Counted from the first letter of the stretch, positions 1 to 11,445 are shown. The stretch: 64,000 nt of DNA from Octopus bimaculoides (GCF_001194135.2 NC_069003.1:8309237-8373236); one strand, 5' to 3'. The notes: generated by a model not told the origin, from the letters alone. Made by a program: numbers and translations.

Positions 1-228
1 ACTGATATTCAGCTCTATGTTAATATCCGCTGGGCAATGCATGTATGTATGCATGTATATATGTATGTTAACATCCGCTGGGCTGCTAATTTCCTCAACT
101 GTGCACAGTTTCTCTTCTCTTGTGTATGTATTCTTCATGAAGAACTTAAGCGTGCTGTTCGAAAGCTCACTGCTGGTGTAGTGAATGGGGAAAGCTTGGT
201 TTGCAGTCGTGTATGCCCACGCATGAGC

Positions 229-1773
229 AAAAAGAACCAAAGGTTGGCTAACAGAGATGGAAATTGAAAAGATAAAAAGGAAAGTAGAAAATAGAAATAA
301 TACTCCTCGAATAGATAACTTCCCCATCGAGGACAGGGAAATGAATGCCGGCAGTTAAGAAGTAGAGCAAAGTGTAAATGTAAAGGCATTCTCAGCAAAT
401 GAAGCTGGAGTAATGGGAAGAGTTATATCACAAGAATACGATGGTGACCTGCAAGACGTAGTGAGGACGCTGTGCTGATATGTTAGAGAAGATCAAGATG
501 AAGCACCCACTAATCTGAGATACATTGATTGACGCAAGCTCAAAGTTGAAACTGAAAAGATAGATTCGGTCCTTGGGCTATTCCAGATAAGAAATATAAT
601 TGAAACAAACAAGATTATTTGGGCTGCAGCTACGGATTCTGCTAATAGAGTTGGATACAATAGAAGAGAACAAACAACGCGAAGAATCATACTGGCGAAG
701 ACGAATTTGCGAGAAACAAAGTTAAAAGGACATTTAGAACAAGTTGATAGATTGAGTAGAGGGGAATTGCAGAATGAAAGAATAAGAATAATGCTGGAAA
801 GGACATACTGAATAAGAGATAAAGGTTATTATGTGATATTGGAAGAATTGAAACAGAGAGTAGTAGCAATCAAAGTAAAACTGGAAAGATACGACAAGAG
901 AACAAAACAATTCAGGCAAAGCAGATTGTTTAAAGCAAATCAGAAGAAACTGTTTCAGGAATCAGATAAGGAATTACACGTAACAATGGTACCAGATGCA
1001 AAGGAAAGCAAGGCATTCTGGAGAGGGATCTGGGACCAACCTGTAGAACATAATGGTGAAGCAAGTGTCTTCGCTGTGCTGCATCTGTAATAGAGTAGAT
1101 TAAACCATTGACCATATAAGGAACGAATGCCCTAGGCTTGCCCAAAATCATTGCAAGTTGTGGCGACATGATCAGTTAGCGAAAGTGCTACACTGGAAGC
1201 TGTGCGAAAAGTGGGGGCTAGAGAGAGGCAAGACGTGGTATGAGCACAAACTGCAGAGAGTGGTGGAATCGGAGACTAGGAAAATCCTCTGAGATTTCCC
1301 AATTCAAACAGATCAGGTGCAAGAGCATAACTGACTGGACCTAGTGGTGGTCGACAAGATGCACCGCATGTGTCATATAGTTGACGTTGGAAGCTCATTT
1401 GACCCACGAATAGTCAAGAAGGAAAGCGAAAAGATAGATAAATACAACACTCTTAAGTACGAAATAACCCGGCTATGGAAAAAGGAAGTGAAGATAGTGC
1501 CAGTTATTGTTGGGTCCTTGGGAACAGCATCAGAAGGCATCAAGAGGAATATAAATGAAATGGGAATAGAGTATCCAGTAAAACTGTTGCAGAAGGTTTG
1601 CCTCCTTAGTACGTCCAGAATAAGCAGGAAAGCTTTAGATAGCTGAAAAGAATGGATAGCATGGTACCCTAGGCTGGAGGTAGTAAGCCAGCTACGCATG
1701 CAAGACTCCAAATGTTCCAACAAGACCTGTGATAAAAACTAATATTGATAATAATAATGCTAATAATAATAAC
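229..1773 (+). mobile_element. R4/Dong-like RLE non-LTR retrotransposon remnant, internally deleted (no RT domain), with 3'UTR and (TAA)n tail
   Basis: The degenerate N-terminal region (KRTKGWLTEMEIEKIKRKV ... LEELKQRVVAIKVKLERYDKRTKQFRQSRLFKANQKKLFQE ... FWRGIWDQPVEHN) joins at ~1060 directly to a CCHC knuckle (LCCICNRVD*TIDHIRNEC), then RHD/LHWKLC, then the REL endonuclease (DLVVVDK..IVDV..EKIDKY..LKYEITRLW..IVPVIVGSLG..LLQKVCLL; ORF 1344-1646). TAA repeats follow at 1748-1773. Stops and frameshifts are present. Confidence 0.9.
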
Positions 1774-2270
1774 AGCTAGCTCTAATAGTTTCTGATTGCG
1801 AGTGTTATCATTTACATAGCAAATATTCTGCTCAATACCACAGATTTGCATGTCAGTTGTTTGACCTTAACCAGTTGAGCATGTCTCTCTCTGGCTGACA
1901 ATATGTGTATCTCTCATCATGAGCAGAGGTAGCGGGGGAGCATCAAAGCCATGTGTTGAGGAGTTCTTTGGGGTTTGAATAATAATTCATCTCTGGAAAC
2001 ATGGGCGTTACGTTCAGCATCTTTAAACAAACCTTATTCAGGGACCTTATGTGTGGCATGGACTACTCGACCCGAAGAAAATTCTAATTGGGCCCCACCT
2101 GCAAGGTCATGCGCTGTTTATATTGGTATGAAATCACCATGTCGCGCACATATGGTTGTGATGCATGTCCCTGGTTTGCCCTTATGAGATGGGTAGTCAC
2201 CACGGGTATATTGGGCTTCGTATATTTGTACCCCAGTGTCACTTTGATGGCATGCACTGCTCTCTCACTC
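1774..2270 (+). repeat. ~500-bp non-coding dispersed element, copy 1, flanked by (TAA)n
   Basis: Colinear by eye with 10884-11427 (shared blocks: agcaaatatt, gcatgYcagttgtttgacctta, tcatgagcaga, aaaccttattcag, gaagaaaattctaa, gggccccacct, gtaccccagtgtcactttgatggcatgcactgctctctcac). No convincing ORF. Confidence 0.85.
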
Positions 2271-2288
2271 AATAATAATAATATTAAT

Positions 2289-2494
2289 GGTTTCAAATTT
2301 TGTCACAGGGCCAGAAAGTGAGGGGACAGGATGTAAAGTCGATTACATCGACCGAATGCTCAAGTTTATCAACCCCGAAAAGATTAAAAACAAAGTTGAT
2401 CTCAACGGAATTTTAACTCGAAACTCCAAGACGGACGAAATGCTACTAATCGCTTTCTCCGGTGCGCCAACGATTCTGAGAGCTCGCCGCCTTA
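2289..2494 (-). mobile_element. tRNA-derived SINE, family 1 (head taaggcggcgagctgg; central gcctttcatcctttcggggtcgataaa), degenerate
   Basis: Reverse complement begins taaggcggcgagctctcagaatcgttgg and is colinear with better copies at 5087-5298 and 50731-50944. Confidence 0.8.
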
Positions 2495-2904
2495 CTACTC
2501 CATATCATATTCATGTTAGAATAACTGGAAGAATTAATCTGTGGTGGTGTTATGTTTGATTGAAAAGGTTGATTCCTCGCATTGGCATCATCTTCATCAT
2601 AGACTTACAAAAATATTTCTTAAAAAAACAACAAAAAACCAAAAGAAGCCAAAAGAAACCAAACCAGCAATTTCTACAGTTTCTCTCTGAGATATATCTG
2701 TTGCTAATTCTCTGTGAGGAAATTGATAGAATTAATAAAGATGATTCGTAAAAGTGGAGAAAAAAAATAAACAAAAAATAAAAAGAGACTGGGAAAAAAT
2801 TTCAGTCTTTGGCAGCGTGACAGNNNNNNNNNNCCCCCCCCCCAAAAAAAAACAACAACAACAAAAGACATAAAGATACTCGGTTTTCTTGTCCATCGCA
2901 ACTA

Positions 2905-3330
2905 ATGTCAGGTGATGAGGATGCTGATGAAGATGATGATGATGATGATGATGATGTTTGTGGAGTCAGCGGCCGTAGTGGTGGTGACAATGATGATGAT
3001 GAGGATGCTGATGATGATGATGATGTTTGTGGAGTCAGCGGCTGTGGTAGTGGTGGCGGTGACGATGATGAAGATGATGATGATGATGATTTCAGTATTG
3101 GTTGTGATGCTGATAGCTGTGGCGGTTCTATTTTTCATGATGATGACAACGTCGAAGATGTTTATGATGATGATGTCGACAGCATCCACACTTAAGACAA
3201 ATGATGATGATGCTGATGATGATTATGATGACGACAACGACGACGACGATAATGATGCTGATTGTGATGATGATGATGATGATGACGACGAAAATAATGT
3301 TGATTAAGATGGTGATGATGATGATGACGG
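2905..3330. repeat. (GAT)n-rich compound repeat with a duplicated ~70-bp unit
   Basis: gatgaggatgctgatga..gatgatgtttgtggagtcagcgg occurs twice within GAT/GAC triplet tracts. Confidence 0.8.
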
Positions 3331-3574
3331 TGGTGATTTTTAATTTTAAAGAATGCATTCTAAAAAAAAGAAAAAAATTATCAACATTCCCCTAAAATCT
3401 ATCTCCAACTTTAAAAGAAATGATTTAAGATATTAAATACATAGACGACAGCAATAAAAGAATAAGCCTATCGAAGAATATACAAATAAATGTCTTGAAT
3501 AATACCAACAAAAACAAAATAAATAAAACCGCAAATACATGTATATGTATATGGAACGCGTGTGGAGTAATCAT

Positions 3575-3710
3575 AGGCAGAGATTGGCTGCTGGTGAAGA
3601 AGCTTGCTTTGTAGTCGCTTGGTTTCAGGTTCAGTCCGACTTTGGGTGGGTGTCTTCTTCCATAGCCCCGAGTCGACCAATGCCTTGTGAATGAATTCGA
3701 TAGGGTAGGA
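3575..3710 (+). mobile_element. tRNA/CORE-like SINE, family 2, degenerate 5' half
   Basis: ggctgctggtgaagaagcttgct..ggtttcaggttcagtcc..gtgtcttcttccatagccccgagtcgaccaatgccttgtga matches 12649-12812. Confidence 0.7.
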
Positions 3711-3712
3711 CA

Positions 3713-4083
3713 GTTGGCACTCCGTCGCTTACGACGTCGAGGGTTCCAGTTGATCCGATCAACGGAACAGCCTGCTCGTGAAATTAACGTGCAAGTGGCT
3801 GAGCACTCCACAGACACGTGTACCCTTAACGTAGTTCTCGGGGATATTCAGCGTGACACAGATTGTGACAAGGCTGACCCTTTGAAATACGAGTACAACA
3901 GAAACAGGAAGAAAGAGTGAGAGAAAGTTGTGGTGAAAGAGTACTGCNNNNNNNNNNGCCAGAGCCTCGTGGAGCTTTAGGTGTTTTCGTTCAATAAACA
4001 CTCACAACGCCCGGTCTGGGAATCGAAACTGCAATCCTATGACCACGAGTCCGCTGCCCTAACCACTGGACCATTGCGCCTCC
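3713..4083 (-). mobile_element. tRNA-derived SINE, family 3 tail with a distinct head and body
   Basis: Minus strand: A-box-like tggtccagtggtt and B-box-like gtttcgattcc. The 3' ~190 bp (gtatttcaaagggtcagccttgtcac..gtcgtaagcgacgg) is shared with 57269-57571 and 27923-28516. Confidence 0.85.
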
Positions 4084-4084
4084 G

Positions 4085-4322
4085 GTAGGACAGTATTTAC
4101 ATTGGAAAATATGTAAACACTACAAAATCAGCACTCCTGCTTAATGGTATGAACATCATGCTGAGCCAGTCGTTGAAGGTAAAAATGTCACTATCCACTT
4201 GGATTTCTCTGTCAATACCAACAGGACGATGCAGGTTAATAGACCAGACATTGTCATTAAAAGTGAGGGATAAAGATACTTGTTGACTAATAGATGTCAG
4301 TGTTCCCACTGATAAAAATATA
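4085..4322 (+). pseudogene. R4/Dong-like REL endonuclease fragment
   Basis: Translates VGQYLHWKICKHY..WYEH..EPVVEGKNVTI..DF..NRPDIVIK..LIDVSVPTDKNI with stops and frameshifts. Confidence 0.85.
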
Positions 4323-5086
4323 ATTGCAGCACAAGATCGAAGCCTTTTAATCAGAAATCACCAAAAACATGTAGTGACAACACATACGACAGAATATGTG
4401 AGGATGGAGAGAAACAAAGAATCATATTGTCTCTGGCTGCCCAATCGTGGCTAAGAAAGAATATATTCACAGACAACAGAATTCGGACTTATATACACTG
4501 GAAGCTATGCCAACAGTATGGAATAACAACAGAAAAAAGATGGTATAGGCACACGCCAGAAAATGTCACAGAAAATGAAAAAGCAACCATACCCTGGTAT
4601 ATGCCAATACACACAGATGGAAAAATTAAGGCAAATACGCCGGATATAGTTGTCAGAGATCACAGAGGAAAAATGCTTTCTAATCGATGTATCAGTACTT
4701 ATAGATGACAATGTTTCTCTAAAAGAAACGGAAACTTTCAAAATACAAAGATCTGGAAATAGAGGTAGCTCGAATGTAGAGTCTAAAAACAGAAACAATT
4801 CCTATCATAGTGGGCGCCTTAGGTATAATAAAAAAATATTCAGACAAATACATAACAAAAACACCAGGACTTACAAATATATATAACATACAGAAAATTG
4901 CACGACTGGGTACTGCACACATCCTACGCAAAACACTTTCAATACAGTAACCATAAGAGCATCACAGCAAACCACAGCACATACCCAAGGCACACAGAGC
5001 TGCACTCGGTAGTGAAGTGAAAGCACGTGATAAAAATAAGACTACTCAGTAATAATAATAATAATCATAATAATAATAATAATAAT
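4323..5086 (+). mobile_element. 5'-truncated R4/Dong-like LINE, subfamily A, with 3'UTR and (TAA)n tail
   Basis: IAAQD..HIVSGCP..YIHWKLC..WYRHTPENVTENEKATI..MPIHTD..PDIVV..IDVS..KYKDLEIEV..IPIIVGALG..QKIARLGTAHILRKTLSIQ*, then a UTR and TAA repeats at 5049-5086. Colinear with 58759-59562. Confidence 0.92.
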
Positions 5087-5298
5087 CTTTTCTGTAATGG
5101 GTACAAGGCAAGGAATTTTGTGAGAAGGACAGCCGATCACATCAACCCCAGTACGCAACTGGTACTTAATTTATCGACCCCGAAAAGATGACAGGCAAAG
5201 TCGACCTCGGTGGAATTTGAACCCGGGACGTAGCCGCAGACGAAATACCGCAAAGCATTTTGCCCGGCGTGCTAACGATCCTACCAGCTCGCCGTCTT
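5087..5298 (-). mobile_element. SINE family 1, near full length, TAA repeats on both sides
   Basis: Reverse complement: aagacggcgagctggtaggatcgttagcacgccgggc..ggttcaaattccaccgaggtcgactttgcc..cggggtcgataaattaagtaccagttgcgtactgggg. Confidence 0.9.
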
Positions 5299-5302
5299 CA
5301 GT

Positions 5303-5335
<33 letters not shown>

Positions 5336-5729
5336 GATGAAGCAGTTGTTGGCAATGATTATATAATGATGATGATGATGATAATTATAACAACAACAAC
5401 AACAACAATAATAAAATCAATGAAAGGTGAATAGGTTGGGTTCGCGTAAATTAAGGCCTAACAGTAATGGTGTATATCGTTGAAGAATATCAAAACAATG
5501 ATAAAATTTAATTCCAAGTACTACAGAAAAACGCATCACAACGGGGGAACGAATAAAACTGCTTTCCAAAATAGACAAAATATAAACAATATTTTTACTG
5601 AAATGCCAACAATATTTATTACCAATATTTTTAGCCAAATTCCAGAGTTTTTGGTAAATAATCGATATCCAACTCTCTTCTGATAGATAAATTTATTATC
5701 AAATACACAGTAGATATAGTTCAAACGAT

Positions 5730-6176
5730 CTGTATATATATATATATATATATATTGATATCTCTAATTCTCATTTGAAATGAATGTCAGAACAAAACTA
5801 ACACACGCACACACACACACACACATACACGTTTGATATACTCGTTTTGCATAGTGTAATTATGCATCTCAAAATGTCTGAATAATATTTAGATAATACA
5901 TTTTAAAATCTCTTTCATGTGTTTATTTTTGCGAGAAATAAGACGAGAAAAAGCTGAAGTTCCATACAAAATCATTGTCAATAGTTGTCAAATGTTCTTA
6001 TAATAACCAAAACCACTTCTCGGAAGTTGAAAGTACAATTTGAAATATTTGAAATAGAACAGACCATGTATGTATGTATGTATGTACGTATGTCTATGCA
6101 TATAGTGATATAAGTATATATGTGTATATACAAGTCTTACACACACACACACACACACATATATATGCATATAGAA

Positions 6177-6207
<31 letters not shown>

Positions 6208-7126
6208 CATATATATANNNNNNNNNNNNNNNNNNNNNNNNNNNNNNNNNNNNNNNNNNNNNNNNNNNNNNNNNNNNNNNNNNNNNNNNNNNNNNNNNNN
6301 NNNNNGTGTGTACAAAGAAAGAGAGAGAGGAAGAGGGAAAGAGGGGAGATAGTGTAAAAGAAAGCGAAAGAAAGAAAAGAGAGAGAGAGAGAAAGGGAAA
6401 AGACAACTGTGTTTTGTTAGAAGTTTTTTTTCTTTCGACTATAATTGGGGTGAAAATGTCCACATGATGTCAACTAAATTATTTAGTTGAATTAATGTTG
6501 TTACTTTTGTTGTCGACAACATCATTGATGTTATTGTTGTTATAAGTTTTATCGATGCTGCTGTTGATGTTGTTGTTGTTGTTACTGTTGTTGCTGTTGC
6601 TCTCTTTGATGTCGATAACGAGAGTTCAGGTGGGATTCATCACCCATTACTAAACAAATGAAGCGAAAATCAAAGAACCAGATCGCATACGAGCTGTCGT
6701 CTGCTAACCTGAAGGGTATACTTCGATCTCGTTCTTTCCTTACACTTTGATTTTCCCATCATTCCCTGGCCGGTTTTATTTCAATTTTCACGCTGTTTAT
6801 TACTGGTTCGGATTTTATCTATCCCTGGGGATTAAACGTCTGTATGAATCCTGGAAGAAATTGATCAACTAGAATCTACGATACCAGTCATAGAACGAAA
6901 AATATTAATTTTATTTTCTCTCTGGTACTAGGCTGGTCGAATTGTTACCACGCCGTATAGAATTCATAACGGCCCACATAGTCTTTGCTTTTAACCATTT
7001 CGCAATGTAGGTACCTGTTGGAAACTAGCGTCAATGTAATTGCCTAGATGTCTCCTCCAAAATTTCAAGCCTATCGTATACACATTATTATTATTATAAA
7101 TATATACAAATATTTATATAGATAAA

Positions 7127-7203
<77 letters not shown>

Positions 7204-7561
7204 ATGCGGAAATACACATTAATATGCATTTCTCTATGAATCAATATAGAATCAACTTTATAATCAGATGTTTCTGAAAGCATATTTAGTTTAGATATTC
7301 GGATTAAGTGATATATATCTGCTCTATAGGACGATTGTGCGTGTGGTTGTATATAATGCATAATATATACACCTCTCTCCCCCCTCTCTCCCCCCTTGCC
7401 TGTTTGTCTTTCTCTCTCTCTGCTTCACGAGAGAGAACAAGCATAAACGCAGACACACAAGGAAGTGCAAACACAAGCACACATATATTTGTACACGCAG
7501 CACTCATATATTTTACACAGAAACACACACAAAAATACAATTTCAAACATAGAATTATGCA

Positions 7562-7598
<37 letters not shown>

Positions 7599-7699
7599 GT
7601 ATATGTATATATATCCATATATATATATAGATGTATATACATAGATGTATACTACATCTATCTGTCTATTTATCTATCTATCTATTATATATACATAAT

Positions 7700-7744
<45 letters not shown>

Positions 7745-8880
7745 TTATATTTTGTGTATATATGTATCTGTATATAGATGTGTGTATATATCTATATATA
7801 TATATGAACGTGTATACACACACACTTACATACATTCATATTTACATGCATGCATGCGTGCATACATACATACACACATACATACATATGTACATATGCA
7901 TACATACATACATACACACATACATACATTAACATATACGCACGTATTACAATACCTAAAATATTCCATTGAAAATCATAAACAGAAACAAAAAAAAAAA
8001 AAATTAGCCAAAACCTTACCAAAAAAAACACCAAATCCAAAACCAGTCTATTACCGAAAGCATAGTAAATCTTGTGACTTGTAATATTCGTATCATCTCA
8101 AACCGCGACTATTGATTTGACTGCCTAATGGATGAAATAGCTCCAGGAATCTACAATAGTAGAAGCATTCCTGATCTGCACAGACCAAGTTTATTATAGG
8201 AAAAGAAGAAAAGAAACATTGCGGTGGTATTTTCAGAAAACCTATTAAATACATTTTGGCAATGAATAGAGAGAGATGGTCCGAAAGTATAGTGGATGAT
8301 AATGGTTCTGTTACAGTGAGATAACTTATTGCTGGAGACAATAGACGTAAGTATTGTTGACGAAAGCTACGATGACCAGAAATATCTTTACAACTGTTAA
8401 CGTTGAATTAATAAATATGCATATATGCATATATGCATATATGCATGTATATTTTTCTCTCCGGCGGATTACAAATATCAATTTTGTTTTTTTTTGCATA
8501 CCTATAAATCTATACCCAACTACCTATAAATCTATATGTACCTATATCTACATCGATATCTATTTCTAGCAATCAATTAATCTATCTATCTATCTATCTA
8601 TCCATCTCTCTATCTATACATTTCTCTCTCTCTTCCTCTCTCTCTGCCAATCTATCTCATTGCCTACCTTAACACACTTAACTACATGTAAATGTAATTT
8701 GAGCGCACTTTTGCTTGAAATAGGAAGACTATATTTATAGATGCTAGAAAACTTTAGTATTAGGCGATTACACATACATACATGCATATATATATGTATA
8801 TATATATATATATATATGTATCTATATCTATCTATCTTTCTATCTATGTATTTATCAATCTGTCTGTCTGTCTCTCTCTC

Positions 8881-8973
<93 letters not shown>

Positions 8974-9380
8974 AGATTATATTTTAATATTCAAACAATA
9001 GTTTAGAGGTTTATAAATCTGCTCCAAGCGAGTCGTTATCTTCAGAAATAATGCTCGAGAATCGGAATGTTACTTAAGAAAAAAATATCCCAGAGAAAAA
9101 CATGGAAGGGAAGGAAGGAAGGAATTTGGTGAAGAATGTGAAAAATGAAAAGCAAAAAGAATAAAAAAAAAAAGAAAAAAGAAAAGAAGTTGGGGGATTA
9201 AGAAGTTGAAGAACTAAAAGCAGAATTGAACGCTCTGTCTGTTAGCATGTATGCATGGACGGATGGATGTGTGTATGCCTGTATCTACCTATGCATGTAT
9301 GTATTTATATATTTATACACCAGAAGATACACAACACACACATATTATGTATAGGCACACACACACACACACAACACATA

Positions 9381-9412
<32 letters not shown>

Positions 9413-9413
9413 C

Positions 9414-9444
<31 letters not shown>

Positions 9445-9600
9445 CATACATACATATATATATATATACATACATACATATACATATATACATATATATA
9501 CATATACATATATACATATATATACATATATATATATATAGAGAGAGAGAGAGAGTGAAAGAGAGAGAAAGAGATAGTGTGATATTGACTAACACACAAG

Positions 9601-9693
<93 letters not shown>

Positions 9694-9870
9694 TGTAAGT
9701 ATATACACGTATACGTATTATTTTTACACACATATATATGTATATTCGTTTTCATATATATATATTCGTATATATATATAAATATATATATATTCTTTTT
9801 TATGTGCGTGAGCGTGTGTGTACGTGTGCGTGCGTGTATGTGAGCGTGCGTTTGTACGTGTGTTAGGTAG
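5730..9870. repeat. Cluster of (TA)n/(CA)n/(GA)n/(TATC)n microsatellites with short AT-rich spacers
   Basis: Pure (TA)n at 7135-7201 and 8890-8968; compound tracts at 7560-7960 and 9355-9870. Confidence 0.95.
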
Positions 9871-10132
9871 AAGAACTTATTCAATGATTACGGCTGTTTC
9901 AGGATACAAAACACCTCTGGACATGTTTCGGAGTTTTAAGAGATGTGAGGAGATAGGAATATAATGCCTTTTGATGATGATACGGACTTTAGGATAGTGT
10001 AAGAAAATGTATATTAAAACAGGTTTTAGACACTACCGCTGCTACTACGACTACTACTACTACCACCACCACAACCACCACCACCACTACTACCGATAAC
10101 AAAAACAATAATAATAATAATAATGATAATAA

Positions 10133-10745
10133 TAAGATCAGACAGAAAAGGTGTGTTTATTAATTGACATGAGTATTCTTTGCGATCATAATATAACGGC
10201 GGAAGAATTTGACAAGATCAATAAATATATAGACTTGCTAATAGAAATTGAAAAAAATGTGGCATCTCAAGGCGACTACATAATATCCCGGCAAAAGAAT
10301 TTGATAAGCTCAGAAAATATAAAGCTTTGCTAATCGAAATGGAAATGGTGTGGCGTGTCAAGACGGTTACAATACCAGTGATTGCAGGAGCACTTGGAAT
10401 GATCAAAAAAGGAACTGAAAATTATTGAAGAATGTTCTGCGGTTTACCATCCATGCAGTAAGTGCAAAAGATTGCCTTGACTGTCACGTCACACGACCGA
10501 GAAGAGCATTGTCGCTATGAATTTTCTTACCTTTTTTCCCCATTTATTTTCCTTGTTTACTTTTTTATTTTCTACTTTTTTCCTTTTACTCTCTGTCTTA
10601 GTTCCCCTTTTTCTCTATCACATGAATTTGTAAATGAAGTATCTGGTATGTTTATTCTAATGGCCTACTAATGTTTACTATGAGTTTCTCTGCCCTAGGT
10701 GTCAGGAAGGCACTCAACGACAGATGGAAAGACAGTTGAAAGAAG
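10133..10745 (+). mobile_element. R4/Dong-like 3' end, subfamily C (two overlapping REL fragments plus 3'UTR)
   Basis: KDQTEKVCLLIDMSILCDHNITAEEFDKINKYIDLLIEIEK is followed at ~10290 by a second KEFDKLRKYKALLIEMEMVWRVKTVTIPVIAGALGMIKKG..QKIALT..RRALSL*. The UTR ends gccctaggtgtcaggaaggcactc..ttgaaagaagatgataat. TAA repeats on both sides. Confidence 0.85.
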
Positions 10746-10832
10746 ATGATAATAATAATAACGATAATAATAACAATAATGATGATGATAACAACAACAA
10801 AAACAACAACAACAACAATAATCATAATAATG

Positions 10833-10883
<51 letters not shown>

Positions 10884-10886
<3 letters not shown>

Positions 10887-11427
10887 TCTTGTTGCAGTAC
10901 CAGGCAGTAGCTTTCATGGATTCGAATCTTAACTGATTGGAAGTGTTATCATGTACATTCTTTTGTCTTGGTATAAAAAGATGGGTTCCAGCAAATATTC
11001 TTCTCAATACTACACTTTTGCATGCCAGTTGTTTGACCTTAGCCTTTGGAGCTGTTCCTTAGTGGCTGACGATATGTGCATCTCTGATCATGAGCAGAAG
11101 TAGTGGGGGAGCATCATAGCCTTGTGTTGAGAGGAATTATTTGGAGTTTGGATAATTCACCTCTGGAATCATGGGTGTTTCGTTCAACATCCTTAAATAA
11201 ACCTTATTCAGCGACCTTTTGAACAGGATGGGCTATGCGACCTGAAGAAAATTCTAACTGGGCCCCACCTGTAAGGTCTTGCAATGTTTATCTTGATATG
11301 AGATCACCATGTCACGCATATATGGTTGTGATGCATGTCGCTGGTGCACGCTTATCAGATAAGTATACAGGGTTTCATATATTTGTACCCCAGTGTCACT
11401 TTGATGGCATGCACTGCTCTCTCACCC
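10884..11427 (+). repeat. ~500-bp non-coding dispersed element, copy 2, inside (TAA)n
   Basis: Homologous to 1774-2270. Preceded by pure (TAA)n at ~10830-10883 and followed by TAA repeats. Confidence 0.85.
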
Positions 11428-11445
11428 ATTAATGATAATAATCAG

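Noticed and set aside
2905-3307. Asp-rich and Met-rich ORFs as an acidic protein exon
   Set aside because: All frames are translations of GAT/GAC triplet repeats, with no splice or domain support.
3990-4083. tRNA gene calls for SINE heads (also 12649, 42237, 55920-55994, 57480-57571)
   Set aside because: A- and B-box-like motifs only, with no cloverleaf or anticodon arm, and each continues into a SINE body.
6625-6716. Possible small exon (WDSSPITKQMKRKSKNQIAYELSSANLK)
   Set aside because: Weak acceptor and donor (gtatac) and no recognisable homology; cannot be supported without RNA-seq.
7304-9884. Long ORFs ([12 protein letters not shown] type), also at 13739-14470, 23707-24954, 40384-41593 and 56318-56783
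   Set aside because: Dinucleotide and tetranucleotide microsatellite translations.
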